Origin: Eledone cirrhosa
Lineage: Eukaryota
Direction of reading: 5' to 3'
Assembly (NCBI GenBank): GCA_964016885.1
Contig: OZ024746.1
Span: forward strand, 28,334,001 to 28,398,000
Length of the DNA: 64,000 bases
Shown here: in pieces, positions 24,315 to 39,104 of the stretch
Numbering within the stretch: the first letter of the stretch is position 1
How the letters are laid out: every line of letters begins with the position of its first letter
Translations under genes and position numbers: made by a program
Notes under the pieces: generated by a model
What the model saw: the letters and a program-made list of their open reading frames with translations, nothing else
What the model was told of the DNA's origin: nothing
Database searches by the model: none

Positions 24315-27300
24315 CAAAGAGACCTAGTTGACATGGCTTCCCTTGCAATAATTCTATAGTTCAGTGGTTCAGAGAGACCCAGTTGACATGGCTTCCCTTG
24401 CAATAATTCTATAGTTCAGTGGTTCAGAGAGACCCAGTTGACATGGCTTCCCTTGCAATAATTCTATAGTTCAGTGGTCCAGAGAGACGCAGTTGACATG
24501 CCTTCCCTTGCAATAATTCTATAGTTCAGTGGTTCAGAGAGACCCAGTTGACATGCCTTCCCTTGCAATAATTCTATAGTTCAGTGGTCCAGAGAGACGC
24601 AGTTGACATGCCTTCCCTTGCAATAATTCTATAGTTCAGTGGTTCAGAGAGACGCAGTTGACATGCCTTCCCTTGCAATAATTCTATAGTTCAGTGGTTC
24701 AGAGAGACGCAGTTGACATGCCTTCCCTTGCAATAATTCTATAGTTCAGTGGTTCAGAGAGACGCAGTTGACATGCCTTCCCTTGCAATAATTCTATAGT
24801 TCAGTGGTTCAGAGAGACCCAGTTGACATGGCTTCCCTTGCAATAATTCTATAGTTCAGTGGTTCAGAGAGACGCAGTTGACATGCCTTCCCTTGCAATA
24901 ATTCTATAGTTCAGTGGTCCAGAGAGACGCAGTTGACATGCCTTCCCTTGCAATAATTCTATACTTCAGTGGTTCAGAGAGACCCAGTTGACATGGCTTC
25001 CCTTGCAATAATTCTATAGTTCAGTGGTTCAGAGAGACGCAGTTGACATGCCTTCCCTTGCAATAATTCTATAGTTCAGTGGTCCAGAGAGACGCAGTTG
25101 ACATGCCTTCCCTTGCACTAATTCTATAGTTCAGTGGTTCAGAGAGACCCAGTTGACATGCCTTCCCTTGCAATAATTCTATAGTTCAGTGGTTCAGAGA
25201 GACCCAGTTGACATGCCTTCCCTTGCACTAATTCTATAGTTCAGTGGTTCAGAGAGACCCAGTTGACATGGCTTCCCTTGCAATAATTCTATAGTTCAGT
25301 GGTTCAGAGAGACCCAGTTGACATGCCTTCCCTTGCAATAATTCTATAGTTCAGTGGTTCAGAGAGACCCAGTTGACATGCCTTCCCTTGCACTAATTCT
25401 ATAGTTCAGTGGTTCAGAGAGACCCAGTTGACATGGCTTCCCTTGCAATAATTCTATAGTTCAGTGGTTCAGAGAGACCCAGTTGACATGCCTTCCCTTG
25501 CAATAATTCTATAGTTCAGTTGGTCAGAGAGACCCAGTTGACATGCCTTCCCTTGCAATAATTCTATAGTTCAGTTGGTCAGAGAGACACAGATGACATG
25601 GCTTCCCTTCCAATAATTCTATAGTTCAGTGGTTCAGAGAGACCCAGTTGACATGCCTTCCCTTGCAATAATTCTATAGTTCAGTGGTTCAGAGAGACCC
25701 AGTTGACATGCCTTCCCTTGCAATAATTCTATAGTTCAGTTGGTCAGAGAGACCCAGTTGACATGCCTTCCCTTGCAATAATTCTATAGTTCAGTGGTTC
25801 AGAGAGACGCAGTTGACATGCCTTCCCTTGCAATAATTCTATAGTTCAGTGGTCCAGAGAGACGCAGTTGACATGCCTTCCCTTGCAATAATTCTATAGT
25901 TCAGTGGTTCAGAGAGACGCAGTTGACATGCCTTCCCTTGCAATAATTCTATAGTTCAGTGGTTCAGAGAGACGCAGTTGACATGCCTTCCCTTGCAATA
26001 ATTCTATAGTTCAGTGGTTCAGAGAGACGCAGTTGACATGCCTTCCCTTGCAATAATTCTATAGTTCAGTGGTTCAGAGAGACCCAGTTGACATGGCTTC
26101 CCTTGCAATAATTCTATAGTTCAGTGGTTCAGAGAGACGCAGTTGACATGCCTTCCCTTGCAATAATTCTATAGTTCAGTGGTCCAGAGAGACGCAGTTG
26201 ACATGCCTTCCCTTGCAATAATTCTATAGTTCAGTGGTTCAGAGAGACCCAGTTGACATGGCTTCCCTTGCAATAATTCTATAGTTCAGTGGTTCAGAGA
26301 GACGCAGTTGACATGCCTTCCCTTGCAATAATTCTATAGTTCAGTGGTCCAGAGAGACGCAGTTGACATGCCTTCCCTTGCACTAATTCTATAGTTCAGT
26401 GGTTCAGAGAGACCCAGTTGACATGGCTTCCCTTGCAATAATTCTATAGTTCAGTGGTTCAGAGAGACCCAGTTGACATGCCTTCCCTTGCAATAATTCT
26501 ATAGTTCAGTGGTTCAGAGAGACCCAGTTGACATGCCTTCCCTTGCACTAATTCTATAGTTCAGTGGTTCAGAGAGACCCAGTTGACATGGCTTCCCTTG
26601 CAATAATTCTATAGTTCAGTGGTTCAGAGAGACCCAGTTGACATGCCTTCCCTTGCAATAATTCTATAGTTCAGTTGGTCAGAGAGACCCAGTTGACATG
26701 CCTTCCCTTGCAATAATTCTATAGTTCAGTTGGTCAGAGAGACACAGATGACATGGCTTCCCTTCCAATAATTCTATAGTTCAGTGGTTCAGAGAGACCC
26801 AGTTGACATGCCTTCCCTTGCAATAATTCTATAGTTCAGTGGTTCAGAGAGACCCAGTTGACATGCCTTCCCTTGCAATAATTCTATAGTTCAGTTGGTC
26901 AGAGAGACCCAGTTGACATGCCTTCCCTTGCAATAATTCTATAGTTCAGTGGTTCAGAGAGACCCAGTTGACATGCCTTCCCTTGCAATAATTCTATAGT
27001 TCAGTTGGTCAGAGAGACCCAGTTGACATGCCTTCCCTTGCAATAATTCTATAGTTCAGTTGGTCAGAGAGACACAGATGACATGGCTTCCCTTGCAATA
27101 ATTCTATAGTTCAGTGGTTCAGAGAGACCCAGTTGACATGCCTTCCCTTGCAATAATTCTATAGTTCAGTGGTTCAGAGAGACCCAGTTGACATGCCTTC
27201 CCTTGCAATAATTCTATAGTTCAGTGGTTCAGAGAGACCCAGTTGACATGGCTTCCCTTGCAATAATTCAATAGTTCAGTGGTTCAGAGAGACCCAGTTG

Positions 27301-29281
27301 ACATGCCTTCCCTTGCAATAATTCTATAGTTCAGTGGTTCAGAGAGACCCAGTTGACATGCCTTCCCTTGCAATGGTTCTATAGTTCAGTGGTTCAGAGA
27401 GACTCAGGTGACATCCCTTCCCTTGCAATAATTCTATAGTTCAGTTGGTCAGAGAGACCTAGTTGACATGCCTTCCCTTGCAATAATTCTATAGTTCAGT
27501 GGTTCAGAGAGACCCAGTTGACATGGCTTCCCTTGCAATAATTCTATAGTTCAGTGTTTCAGAGAGACCCAGTTGACATGCCTTCCCTTGCAATAATTTT
27601 ATAGTTCAGTGGTTCAGAGAGATCCAGGTGACATGCCTTCCCTTGCAATAATTCTATAGTTCAGTGGTTCAGAGAGACTCAGGTGACATGCCTTCCCTTG
27701 CAATGGTTCTATAGTTCAGTTGGTCAGAGAGACCCAGGTGACATGCCTTCCCTTGCAATAATTCTATAGTTCAGTTGGTCAGAGAGACCCAGGTGACATG
27801 CCTTCCCTTGCAATAATTCTATAGTTCAGTGGTTCAGAGAGACGCAGTTGACATGGCTTCCCTTGCAATAATTCTATAGTTCAGTGGTTCAGAGAGACCC
27901 AGGTGACATGCCTTCCCTTGGAATAATTCTATAGTTCAGTGGTTCAGAGAGACCCAGTTGACATGCCTTCCCTTGCAATAATTCTATAGTTCAGTTGGTC
28001 AGAGAGACCCAGTTGACATGACTTCCCTTGCAATAATTCTATAGTTCAGTGGTTCAGAGAGACCCAGGTGACATGCCTTCCCTTGGAATAATTCTATAGT
28101 TCAGTGGTTCAGAGAGACCCAGTTGATATGGCTTCCCTTGCAATAATTCTATAGTTCAGTTGGTCAGAGAGACCCAGTTGACATGACTTCCCTTGCAATA
28201 ATTCTATAGTTCAGTGGTTCAGAGAGACCCAGTTGACATGACTTCCCTTGCAATAATTCTATAGTTCAGTGGTTCAGAGAGACCCAGTTGATATGGCTTC
28301 CCTTGCAATAATTCTATAGTTCAGTGGTTCAGAGAGACCCAGGTGACATCCCTTCCCTTGCAATAATTCTATAGTTCAGTGGTTCAGAGAGACACAGTTG
28401 ACATGGCTTCCCTTGTAATAATTTTATAGTTCAGTGGTTCAGAGAGACCCAGTTGACATGGCTTCCCTTGCAATAATTCTATAGTTCAGTGGTTCAGAGA
28501 GACCCAGTTGACATGGCTTCCCTTGCAATAATTCTATAGTTCAGTGGTCCAGAGAGACCCAGTTGATATGGCTTCCCTTGCAATAATTCTATAGTTCAGT
28601 GGTTCAGAGAGACCCAGTTGACATGGCTTCCCTTGCAATAATTCTATAGTTCAGTGGTTCAGAGAGACCCAGTTGACATGGCTTCCCTTGCAATAATTCT
28701 ATAGTTCAGTGGTCCAGAGAGACCCAGTTGATATGGCTTCCCTTGCAATAATTCTATAGTTCAGTGGTCCAGAGAGACCCAGTTGATATGCCTTCCCTTG
28801 CACTAATTCTATAGTTCAGTGGTTCAGAGAGACCCAGGTGACATGGCTTCCCTTGCAATAATTCTATAGTTCAGTGGTTCAGAGAGACCCAGTTGACATG
28901 GCTTCCCTTGCAATAATTCAGTGGTTCAGAGGTTCACAGAGACCCAGTTGACATGGCTTCCCTTGCACTAATTCTATAGTTCAGTGGTTCAGAGAGACCC
29001 AGTTGACATGGCTTCCCTTGCAATAATTCTATAGTTCAGTGGTTCAGAGAGACCCAGGTGACATGGCTTCCCTTGCAATAATTCTATAGTTCAGTGGTTC
29101 AGAGAGACCCAGCTGACATGCCTTCCTTTGCAATAATTCTATAGTTTAGTGGTTCAGTGTGACCCAGTTGACATGGCTTCCCTTGCAATAATTCTATAGT
29201 TCAGTTGTTCAGAGAGACCCAGTTGACATGGCTTCCCTTGCAATAATTCTATAGTTCAGTTGTTCAGAGAGACCCAGGTGA
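24315..29281. repeat. 55-bp satellite array, ~90 copies
   Basis: Unit AGAGAGACCCAGTTGACATG(C/G)CTTCCCTTGCAATAATTCTATAGTTCAGTGGTTC in unbroken 55-bp register (24371, 24426, 24481...). No spacers and no ORF. Confidence 0.98.
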
Positions 29282-30150
29282 AATTCCTCATTTGGCAATC
29301 CCAGGTCTTGTTAAGCCCCCTACATTTTGAATTGTCACCCAGCAATTTTTCATCCAAGCACCATATTGACTCATACAGTTCCAAACAGGATTAAGTCTGA
29401 AACAGTATAAGAATACATAAAGGAAAAATAGCGCTCTGTGATAAGTGCAGAACTGAAGACTCACCCTAGGTATCGAGCACTCAGACACGTTATTGTCCAC
29501 TTGGCATCTTACCACACCTTTCTTTATATATATATATATATATAGTCGTACCTGTATATTGCGGCTACAACTTCGATTCATAACCAATATTATATGTGTG
29601 TGTATGTGTGTATATAGGTGTATCAGTCTGTGTGTGTCTGTGTGAGTGACGATACAGAGATATTTTAAGAAACATTGATAGAAAGATGTGTGATAGAAAA
29701 TCTTTTAATTGGGGTAAAACATCTGGGAGACAGCAACAAGATAATGAAAGGATGTATGGTACATTGCTATACACGGGTACACACATGCAAACTGACGCAC
29801 ATAAACAAATACATACACACATGAACACACACACACAAATCCACACACACACACGCACACACCCACACACGCACACATATATACATGTATAGCACCCCCA
29901 TCACACAATCATACAAAGAAATAGAGACACTGTTACAGCGATTAAATAGCTAAGACAAGAGAAAATAAACAGAAGAAAATATATAAAATTGACGACATTA
30001 TAAAGTAAATAAGATGATCATGTTGGTTAAAATGTTGTGGTGGAACAGAGTAAAAATATTTCAAGAGTTGCAAACTCAATAAATGAAGTTCGGTGTGTGT
30101 GTCTGAGACTGCGTGTGTGTACATATATATATACATACACACACATACAT

Positions 30151-30193
<43 letters not shown>

Positions 30194-30465
30194 AATACAT
30201 ACATACATTCATACATACATACATACACACATACATACATACATACATACATACATACATACATACATACATACATACATACATACATACATACATACAT
30301 ACATACCGGAGACATGAAAGGATGGAAATCACGGGAGAGCCACACTAAACTAAACGAAAATGAAATGACATTAAATAAATATATGAATAAAATAAATCAA
30401 AGAATAGATATGAAAAAAAAACAAATACATCGCCATCTCTCTCTGCCTCTGTCTCTCTCTATCTC

Positions 30466-30572
<107 letters not shown>

Positions 30573-30663
30573 GTATATATGATATATGTTTATATATATA
30601 TATATATATATATATGTGATATATGTGATATATATATATATGTATATATGTATATATGATATA

Positions 30664-30741
<78 letters not shown>

Positions 30742-31128
30742 TATATCTATATATATATACCCTTAGATAAATCAATGGAAATTTGTAAGAATGAAAGTAC
30801 GATAACATGAGAGACTGTGTGATGTAAGAAAATTGCTATAATCAGCAGGAAATCTATGTGAGAAATTATATAATAAGCAAGATCAGAGGAAAGAGTAGAG
30901 AAAGCCTTTTAGCAACGGTGTGTTTTTGTGAAGTAGATGGTTCGTCCCTCATTTTACATTCTTTTCTTTCAGACGTGATAAGAGCTTCTGATGACTCAGC
31001 GGAAAATATTCAATAAAAGAGCCGCAACTGTGTTTCTTGTTGATGTCATTCTGTTTTTATATTATATTATTATATTATTTATATAATTGTTGCTTCTGTT
31101 CTGTAGTGATACATACATATATACATAC

Positions 31129-31185
<57 letters not shown>

Positions 31186-31198
31186 AACATACATACAT

Positions 31199-31243
<45 letters not shown>

Positions 31244-31248
31244 CATAA

Positions 31249-31301
<53 letters not shown>

Positions 31302-31306
31302 CATAA

Positions 31307-31361
<55 letters not shown>

Positions 31362-31390
31362 CATATATATATATACATACGTATATTTAC

Positions 31391-31447
<57 letters not shown>

Positions 31448-31690
31448 TATATATATATTTATATAATATATATTACGACAGGATATATTACGCCATAATT
31501 ATATAATTGAAAGTATTTTGCTTTATTCCCCCAGCCTCTCTCTCTCCTCTCAGTTACCCTTCTCTCTCTCTGTTGCTCTGCCTTGGTGGAGTTATTAATT
31601 GTAGCACGCAATTAGATAAAAATTAGTACGAACATGTGTGTTTGCGTACATGTATGTATGTCTGTATGTATACACGAATACACAAATACA

Positions 31691-31806
<116 letters not shown>

Positions 31807-32425
31807 GCATACACACACATATATCTATTTATCACTGTGAACAATTTGTCAGCATTTTCTTTTCCGTTTACCAATATATATATATATATATATACATATA
31901 CGTATATAATATATAGTGTATACATACTCACGTACAGCGTGACATAGATAATCATACATTAATTTGCCTTACATATATATATTTACGTATGTATATACCT
32001 ACTCTGCAAAGCACTATGTATTGAGTACTACTCTGATTTGTCGTCTTACTGATCTCTGCCTCGCAGACACTCGATATGTGTGGGTGTGTATATATTATGT
32101 CTCTCTCTTTATATATATATATATATACATACATTTTGTATATAAATATATATATATATATAATCAATATATACATATATGTGTTTGTGTGTGCATATAT
32201 TTGTAAAAAAGATACCATAATTATAATATTTATATATGTATATGATATATATATATATAAATATGTATATATATATAAATATGTATATATAAATATGTAT
32301 ATATATATATGTGTGTGTGTGTATGTGTGTGTGTGTATGTGTGTATGTGTGTATATATATGTCTGTACACAGGTGGTAAGATGTATAATATATATACAGT
32401 ATCTACAGAGATATTTAGATATATG

Positions 32426-32483
<58 letters not shown>

Positions 32484-32484
32484 C

Positions 32485-32706
<222 letters not shown>

Positions 32707-32800
32707 GCCATACAAGCTTCAAGTATCGCGTGATGCAATTATAGAAAAGTCATATGTACATTATAGATTTCTGTAAGAGACTGTTTCACATTTATATAGC

Positions 32801-32903
<103 letters not shown>

Positions 32904-32965
32904 GAATCAGAATATTACAGAAATAGTGATTTGTAGAATTTCATTCATATATATATATATATATA

Positions 32966-33119
<154 letters not shown>

Positions 33120-33779
33120 TATATATATATAGATATATAGATATATATTTATATAAAGTTATCAAACGAAAGGTTTAGGATGGTGGTTAAGACGGAACAG
33201 GAGGAGAAGGGAAGAATGGAGTTTCCATCGTCAGCTGCAAATGTTTCCCGAACCGATGTTTCGGCGCTGAATTACATGACATCAGTGTAGTTCCGGTGCG
33301 CCCGAGGCCTTTTATTAATCAAAAGGCCAGGTGGAAAAGGAGAGTGAAAGAGAGAAAAAAAGGAGACAGAAAAGGAAAAAGAGGGAAAGGAGGAAGAACA
33401 GGGGGGAAAAAGATGAGGAGAGAAGAAGAATGAGGGAAGGGAAAAGGGGAAAAAATAGGAAAGGAATAGAAGAAAAAAAAGTGTACAGGTCCCATCGTGG
33501 GACGACACAGGTGAAAGAAACATGCAAAAAAGTAACCGTTGAAAAATAGGGAAAGAAAGTTGCGGTCAACCTGGGAGACTTTAGCCTGGTGGTCAGCTAC
33601 GACTCAGAGCTGGAATAATCGTGCTGCCTCCCACATAAACAGGAAAATGTGAAAGAGAGACACGGGCAACCAAGGGTGAGGAGGAGAAGGGAAAGGGAAA
33701 GGGAGATAATCCAGAACGTTTTTTTTTACGATGATGGAAAAACGTGCTGCAAAGATTGCGGAGCTATATATATATATTT

Positions 33780-33951
<172 letters not shown>

Positions 33952-34004
33952 AGTGTAAGTTTATACACAAAACGAAGGTTATAGAGAAAATTGAGGTTGG
34001 TAAT

Positions 34005-34069
<65 letters not shown>

Positions 34070-34118
34070 CTATATATATATATATGGTTACATATACACG
34101 AAAGAAAGTCTACAAATC

Positions 34119-34208
<90 letters not shown>

Positions 34209-34452
34209 CTACAAATCACCATCTCATGTAATATCATCATGTTTTTTTCTGATTCACAGACACAGACACACACTGGCCTATTGAAATAAACGCACACAGG
34301 CAAATGTGGAAACCGACCTAATGTAACATACTGGCCCACTGACATAAACACATTAACACATATACTCATATTTCAGATCTATATAGCTGATACTTAGATA
34401 TCCTCAAGGACTCAAGGATATTATAATATAATATAATGAATATATCAGTCTG

Positions 34453-34494
<42 letters not shown>

Positions 34495-34599
34495 CATACT
34501 ATATACATATGTATACATGTATGTATATATATATATATATATATTTGTCGTACTGGTTTCAGCCACGTGTGCTCTACACACACACAAACACACACACAC

Positions 34600-34651
<52 letters not shown>

Positions 34652-34786
34652 GTATATGTGTGTGTGTGTGTGTAGATGTACATCAATACTCATACTTTTC
34701 CATTTTTATAATATAATATAATAAATATATCAGTCTGTATGTATATATGTATATATATATATATAATTAAACATACTATATATTAG

Positions 34787-34854
<68 letters not shown>

Positions 34855-35088
34855 CATACATATATACATATGTATATAGTATGTTTAATTATATATATAT
34901 ATATATATATATACATATATACATACAGACTGATATATTTATTATATTATATTATAATATCCTTGAGGATATGTAAGTATATATATATACACGTATATAT
35001 ACACCACACGCACATATATATATATATATATATATAAATATATATATAAATAGAAATATGATGTGTCTCTGTGTGTATGTGCTTTTAC

Positions 35089-35146
<58 letters not shown>

Positions 35147-35554
35147 ATCTCTTATAGTAGGATAGGATAAAACCTATTAAAAGCTTCCGAAAAGAATATG
35201 ACTTGAGATGATAATGGTTGTGGAAGAGGTTACTATCAGGAGATATATAAGATCAAGAGAAATGGCTTGAAAGACTATACACATCTACTCATAAGTGTGA
35301 TTTGTCTCTCTCTCTAGTTCTCTCCCTATATGTGGACATAAAAACGCACACACACAAGCCCACGCACACATACACACACACACACAAGCCCGCGCACACA
35401 CACACACACACACACACATTTGTATATATACATATATATGTGTACATATAGGATATTAAAAAGGAAAAAAACAGTAATGGGATTTTCTCATAGAATAACA
35501 GCAAAACATTTATTCATAAAAAAGAAATTTGTCGTACCGGTTTCAGCCACGTGT

Positions 35555-35627
<73 letters not shown>

Positions 35628-35770
35628 GTATATGTGTGTGTGTGTGTGTAGATGTACATCAATACTCATACTTTTCCATTTTTAGAGGGGTTTAAATCCC
35701 CACTATCAGGCTAAAATTTCTTTAGTCAAAAATACAGCGAATGCTTTTGTTTCTACTAAATTTCAAAACA

Positions 35771-35824
<54 letters not shown>

Positions 35825-35979
35825 TGTGTATATATATATATATAATATATAGTCATAAAATATATATATAGAGAGAGAAACACGTAAATATACAAACAAC
35901 CAGCTATTCACAACACACATTATAGGTTCAAACATGTAGATAATGTAAAACAACAAACATACATACACACACATGCTAC

Positions 35980-36040
<61 letters not shown>

Positions 36041-36148
36041 TCTGTCTCTCTCTCTGTCTCTCTCTCTCTCTCTCTCTCACTATATATATATATATATATA
36101 TATATAGTTGAAAATGAACAAACAAAACACAGGAGGCAATTGTACACA

Positions 36149-36212
<64 letters not shown>

Positions 36213-36215
36213 CAT

Positions 36216-36297
36216 ATACGATATATTAACAAATGGAAACTATATTTATAAAACCATATTTATATAAATATAGTTTCCATTTGTTAATATATCGTAT
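36216..36297. repeat. Perfect 35-bp inverted repeat with 12-nt spacer
   Basis: ATACGATATATTAACAAATGGAAACTATATTTATA (36216-36250) and its reverse complement (36263-36297). Confidence 0.9.
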
Positions 36298-36402
36298 TTT
36301 TACTACAATAATTTGTTGAGTGCTTTATATTAGTTATAAAAATATTTGTTTGGTGTATGCCAACAACTTAAATATAACTTCTACATATATACATATATAT
36401 AT

Positions 36403-36517
<115 letters not shown>

Positions 36518-36544
36518 CATACATTCATACTTGGAAAGAGATCG

Positions 36545-36637
<93 letters not shown>

Positions 36638-37477
36638 AATACGTTGATAACCCTACCTACAAATACATACATTGGAAAATACGGAAATAATAATAACTTT
36701 TGCTATAAATGAAAAATTTGATGAAAATTTCCTTTAAAATTTTCTTCAATATTTTATACACATTTATTTTTTTTCTTTGTGTTGGTTTTTCTTCATTGAT
36801 TTATAAATAATCGTTTGCTTTGAGAGCCAAGCTGGTTTATTGTCTTTAATGTACATACGTCACAAAACAACAGATGAAAGACACAATATCCTCACGGGTG
36901 TCATATAGAAAACTGAAGAAAAAAAAATAATAACGGTTTTATGGTATTTATACCTAAGTACTATGTTGAAAGTATTTTTTACCTTTATACTTTATGCTTG
37001 GTTAACAAATGATCGAAATAGCAGGTTTTTTTTTGTTTGATTCATCTACATCTCCTTTCTTATTTCTTATATGCTGGATTCTCTCTCTCTCTCTCTCTCT
37101 CTCCCCCTGTCTCTCTATCTGTGTGTCTGTCTGTATCTCTCTCTCTCTCTCTCCCTGTCTCTCTCTCTCTGTCTGTTTGTCTGTCTGTATGTCTCCCTCT
37201 CCCTCTTTCCCTCTCTCTCTCTATCTCTCTCTATCTCTCTCCGTTTCTCTCTCTTTGTGTTTTATTTACACGTATTATTATTGTTGCTATTCTGAGTGGA
37301 TAAAATAAAGTACCAGTAATATACTGGTTTATTTGGTGGCCTTGTGCCTAACGTAGAAACAGTTATTATTATTATTATTATTCTTAATTACTTTTAATCC
37401 TTTGATTTTGATATTTTTCTTTGGGTTTGTTGTCTGGTATACTTGTTCTTTCTGCTTTTTATATGTATATATTTGCT

Positions 37478-37508
<31 letters not shown>

Positions 37509-37623
37509 TACACATACATATATATATATATGTATATATACAGAGAGAGAGAGAGAGAGGGGAGAAAGAACAAACATATGTATATAGATAGATACGCACA
37601 CACACACACATATATATATATAT

Positions 37624-37807
37624 AATTGTTTCTGCATTAGGCACAAGGCCAGCAATTACCCAGTGCATTACTGGTACTTTATTTTATCGACCCCGTAAGG
37701 ATGAAAGGCAAAGTCAACCTCGGCGGGATTTGAACTCAGATTGTAAAGGGACGTAACTATGCTGGAAGGCATGGCGTCCGACTCTCTACCGATACTGCCA
37801 ATCCACC
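37624..37807 (-). mobile_element. SINE family 1 copy
   Basis: Near-identical to 15931-16121, missing the first few bases. Confidence 0.9.
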
Positions 37808-37857
<50 letters not shown>

Positions 37858-37859
<2 letters not shown>

Positions 37860-38047
37860 TTGTTTCTACTTTAGGCACAAGGCCAGCAATTATCCAGTGC
37901 ATTACTGGTAGTTTATTTTATCGACCCCGTAAGGATGAAAGGCAAAGTCAACCTCGGCGGGATTTGAACTCAGATCGTAAAGGGACGTAACTATGCTGGA
38001 AAGCATGGCGTCCGACCCTCTACCGATACTGCCAATCCACCGCCCTT
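37858..38047 (-). mobile_element. SINE family 1 copy, full length
   Basis: Near-identical to 15931-16121; tandem with the previous copy across (TA)n. Confidence 0.9.
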
Positions 38048-38095
38048 ATACATACATTATATATATATATATAATGTATGTATATATATATATAC

Positions 38096-38128
<33 letters not shown>

Positions 38129-38169
38129 AACAGGGAAAGAACAAACATATATATATAGATAGATACGAG

Positions 38170-38215
<46 letters not shown>

Positions 38216-38605
38216 CATATAAACACTTATATGAACACTTATATATGTAGCCCTTTCTCCTTATAGATTTGCATGTGTCTCTGTTTCCCTTTCTCTCTTC
38301 CTCTTTCTCTGTGAGTGTATCCACAAATAGCTGACTATACATACACATGCTTTTACCACGTATTTGTTTCTTCTATTTCTTCATCTAACTCTTATTCTCT
38401 CATCAGATGAAGGACTAACGTCCGAAACCTTACAACTCTTCAGCTACTATTAATTTAACATGTGTTAAATTAATATAATGGTTTCCCTGTTTTGTTGTAT
38501 TTCATTGATATTTCGCGTACGCCCCCCCCCCCTCACATACATATGTATATATAAACAAGATGCGTAAGTCAACAGGTTAAAATTAACTTCGTTTATTCAT
38601 ATTCA

Positions 38606-38662
38606 CTGTTATATATATTTCGGTGATAACCATTATACAACAGCTATGACCTCATCAGGCAG
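38606..38662 (-). ncRNA. Type I minimal hammerhead ribozyme (Penelope-like), with a stem I mismatch
   Basis: Minus strand: CUGC-CUGAUGA-GGUCAUAGCUGUU(GUAU)AAUGGUUAUCACC-GAAA-UAUAUA-UA-ACAG. Complete core, long stem II and palindromic stem III; the first stem I pair is C/A. Confidence 0.7.
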
Positions 38663-39104
38663 CTAGAATTTGAACAAAAAACAAATAAAGAAAAGTATAA
38701 CGATGAAATGCAGCCTACTTCTATTATTTCGATTTTTTTATATGCCCAGTGCGGAAGTTTGGTGTTGTTTCCTCAAAATACTGATCGGTTAAGAAAATTT
38801 GCATTGCATCTTCTATGATTTACCTGAAGTTGTAATGATATCTTACAATGCGACAGAGAATGATTAGATGACAAACATGTGCTATGGAATGAACGAGTAT
38901 GAAGACTGTCACGTTGTGACATTTTATTTCTAAGAAAGGACCCCTTCGGTTATGACTGACCATGGCTATTGATCCTTTGACTGAGAGACCATGAGTTTGC
39001 TTCTTTGAGGTACAAGCCTCAGCAAGTGGTGGGTGGAAGATTAGCAGTAACTCTTGAGTGCCTGACACGCCGCGCACCTATATATACTCTGTACGTATAA
39101 TATA

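Noticed and set aside
24381-24400. p53 response element in the satellite (TGACATGCCT-type units)
   Set aside because: Only a single imperfect half-site per 55 bp, and it is disrupted in many units, including this one.
24315-29281. CRISPR-like array
   Set aside because: Units are contiguous 55-bp monomers with no unique spacers, no cas genes are present and the context is eukaryotic; it is a satellite.
29452-29500. Hammerhead-like CTGAAGA...GACACGTTA
   Set aside because: GAAA is absent and stems I and II do not pair convincingly.
33220-33290. Minus-strand CTGATG...CCGAAAC and CTGACGA..GAAAC motifs
   Set aside because: No stem II pairing and an incomplete core.
38820-39077. 85-aa ORF with a donor-like CAG|GTAAAT
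   Set aside because: It overlaps a decayed copy of the SINE family 2 3' region, and the peptide has no recognisable domain.
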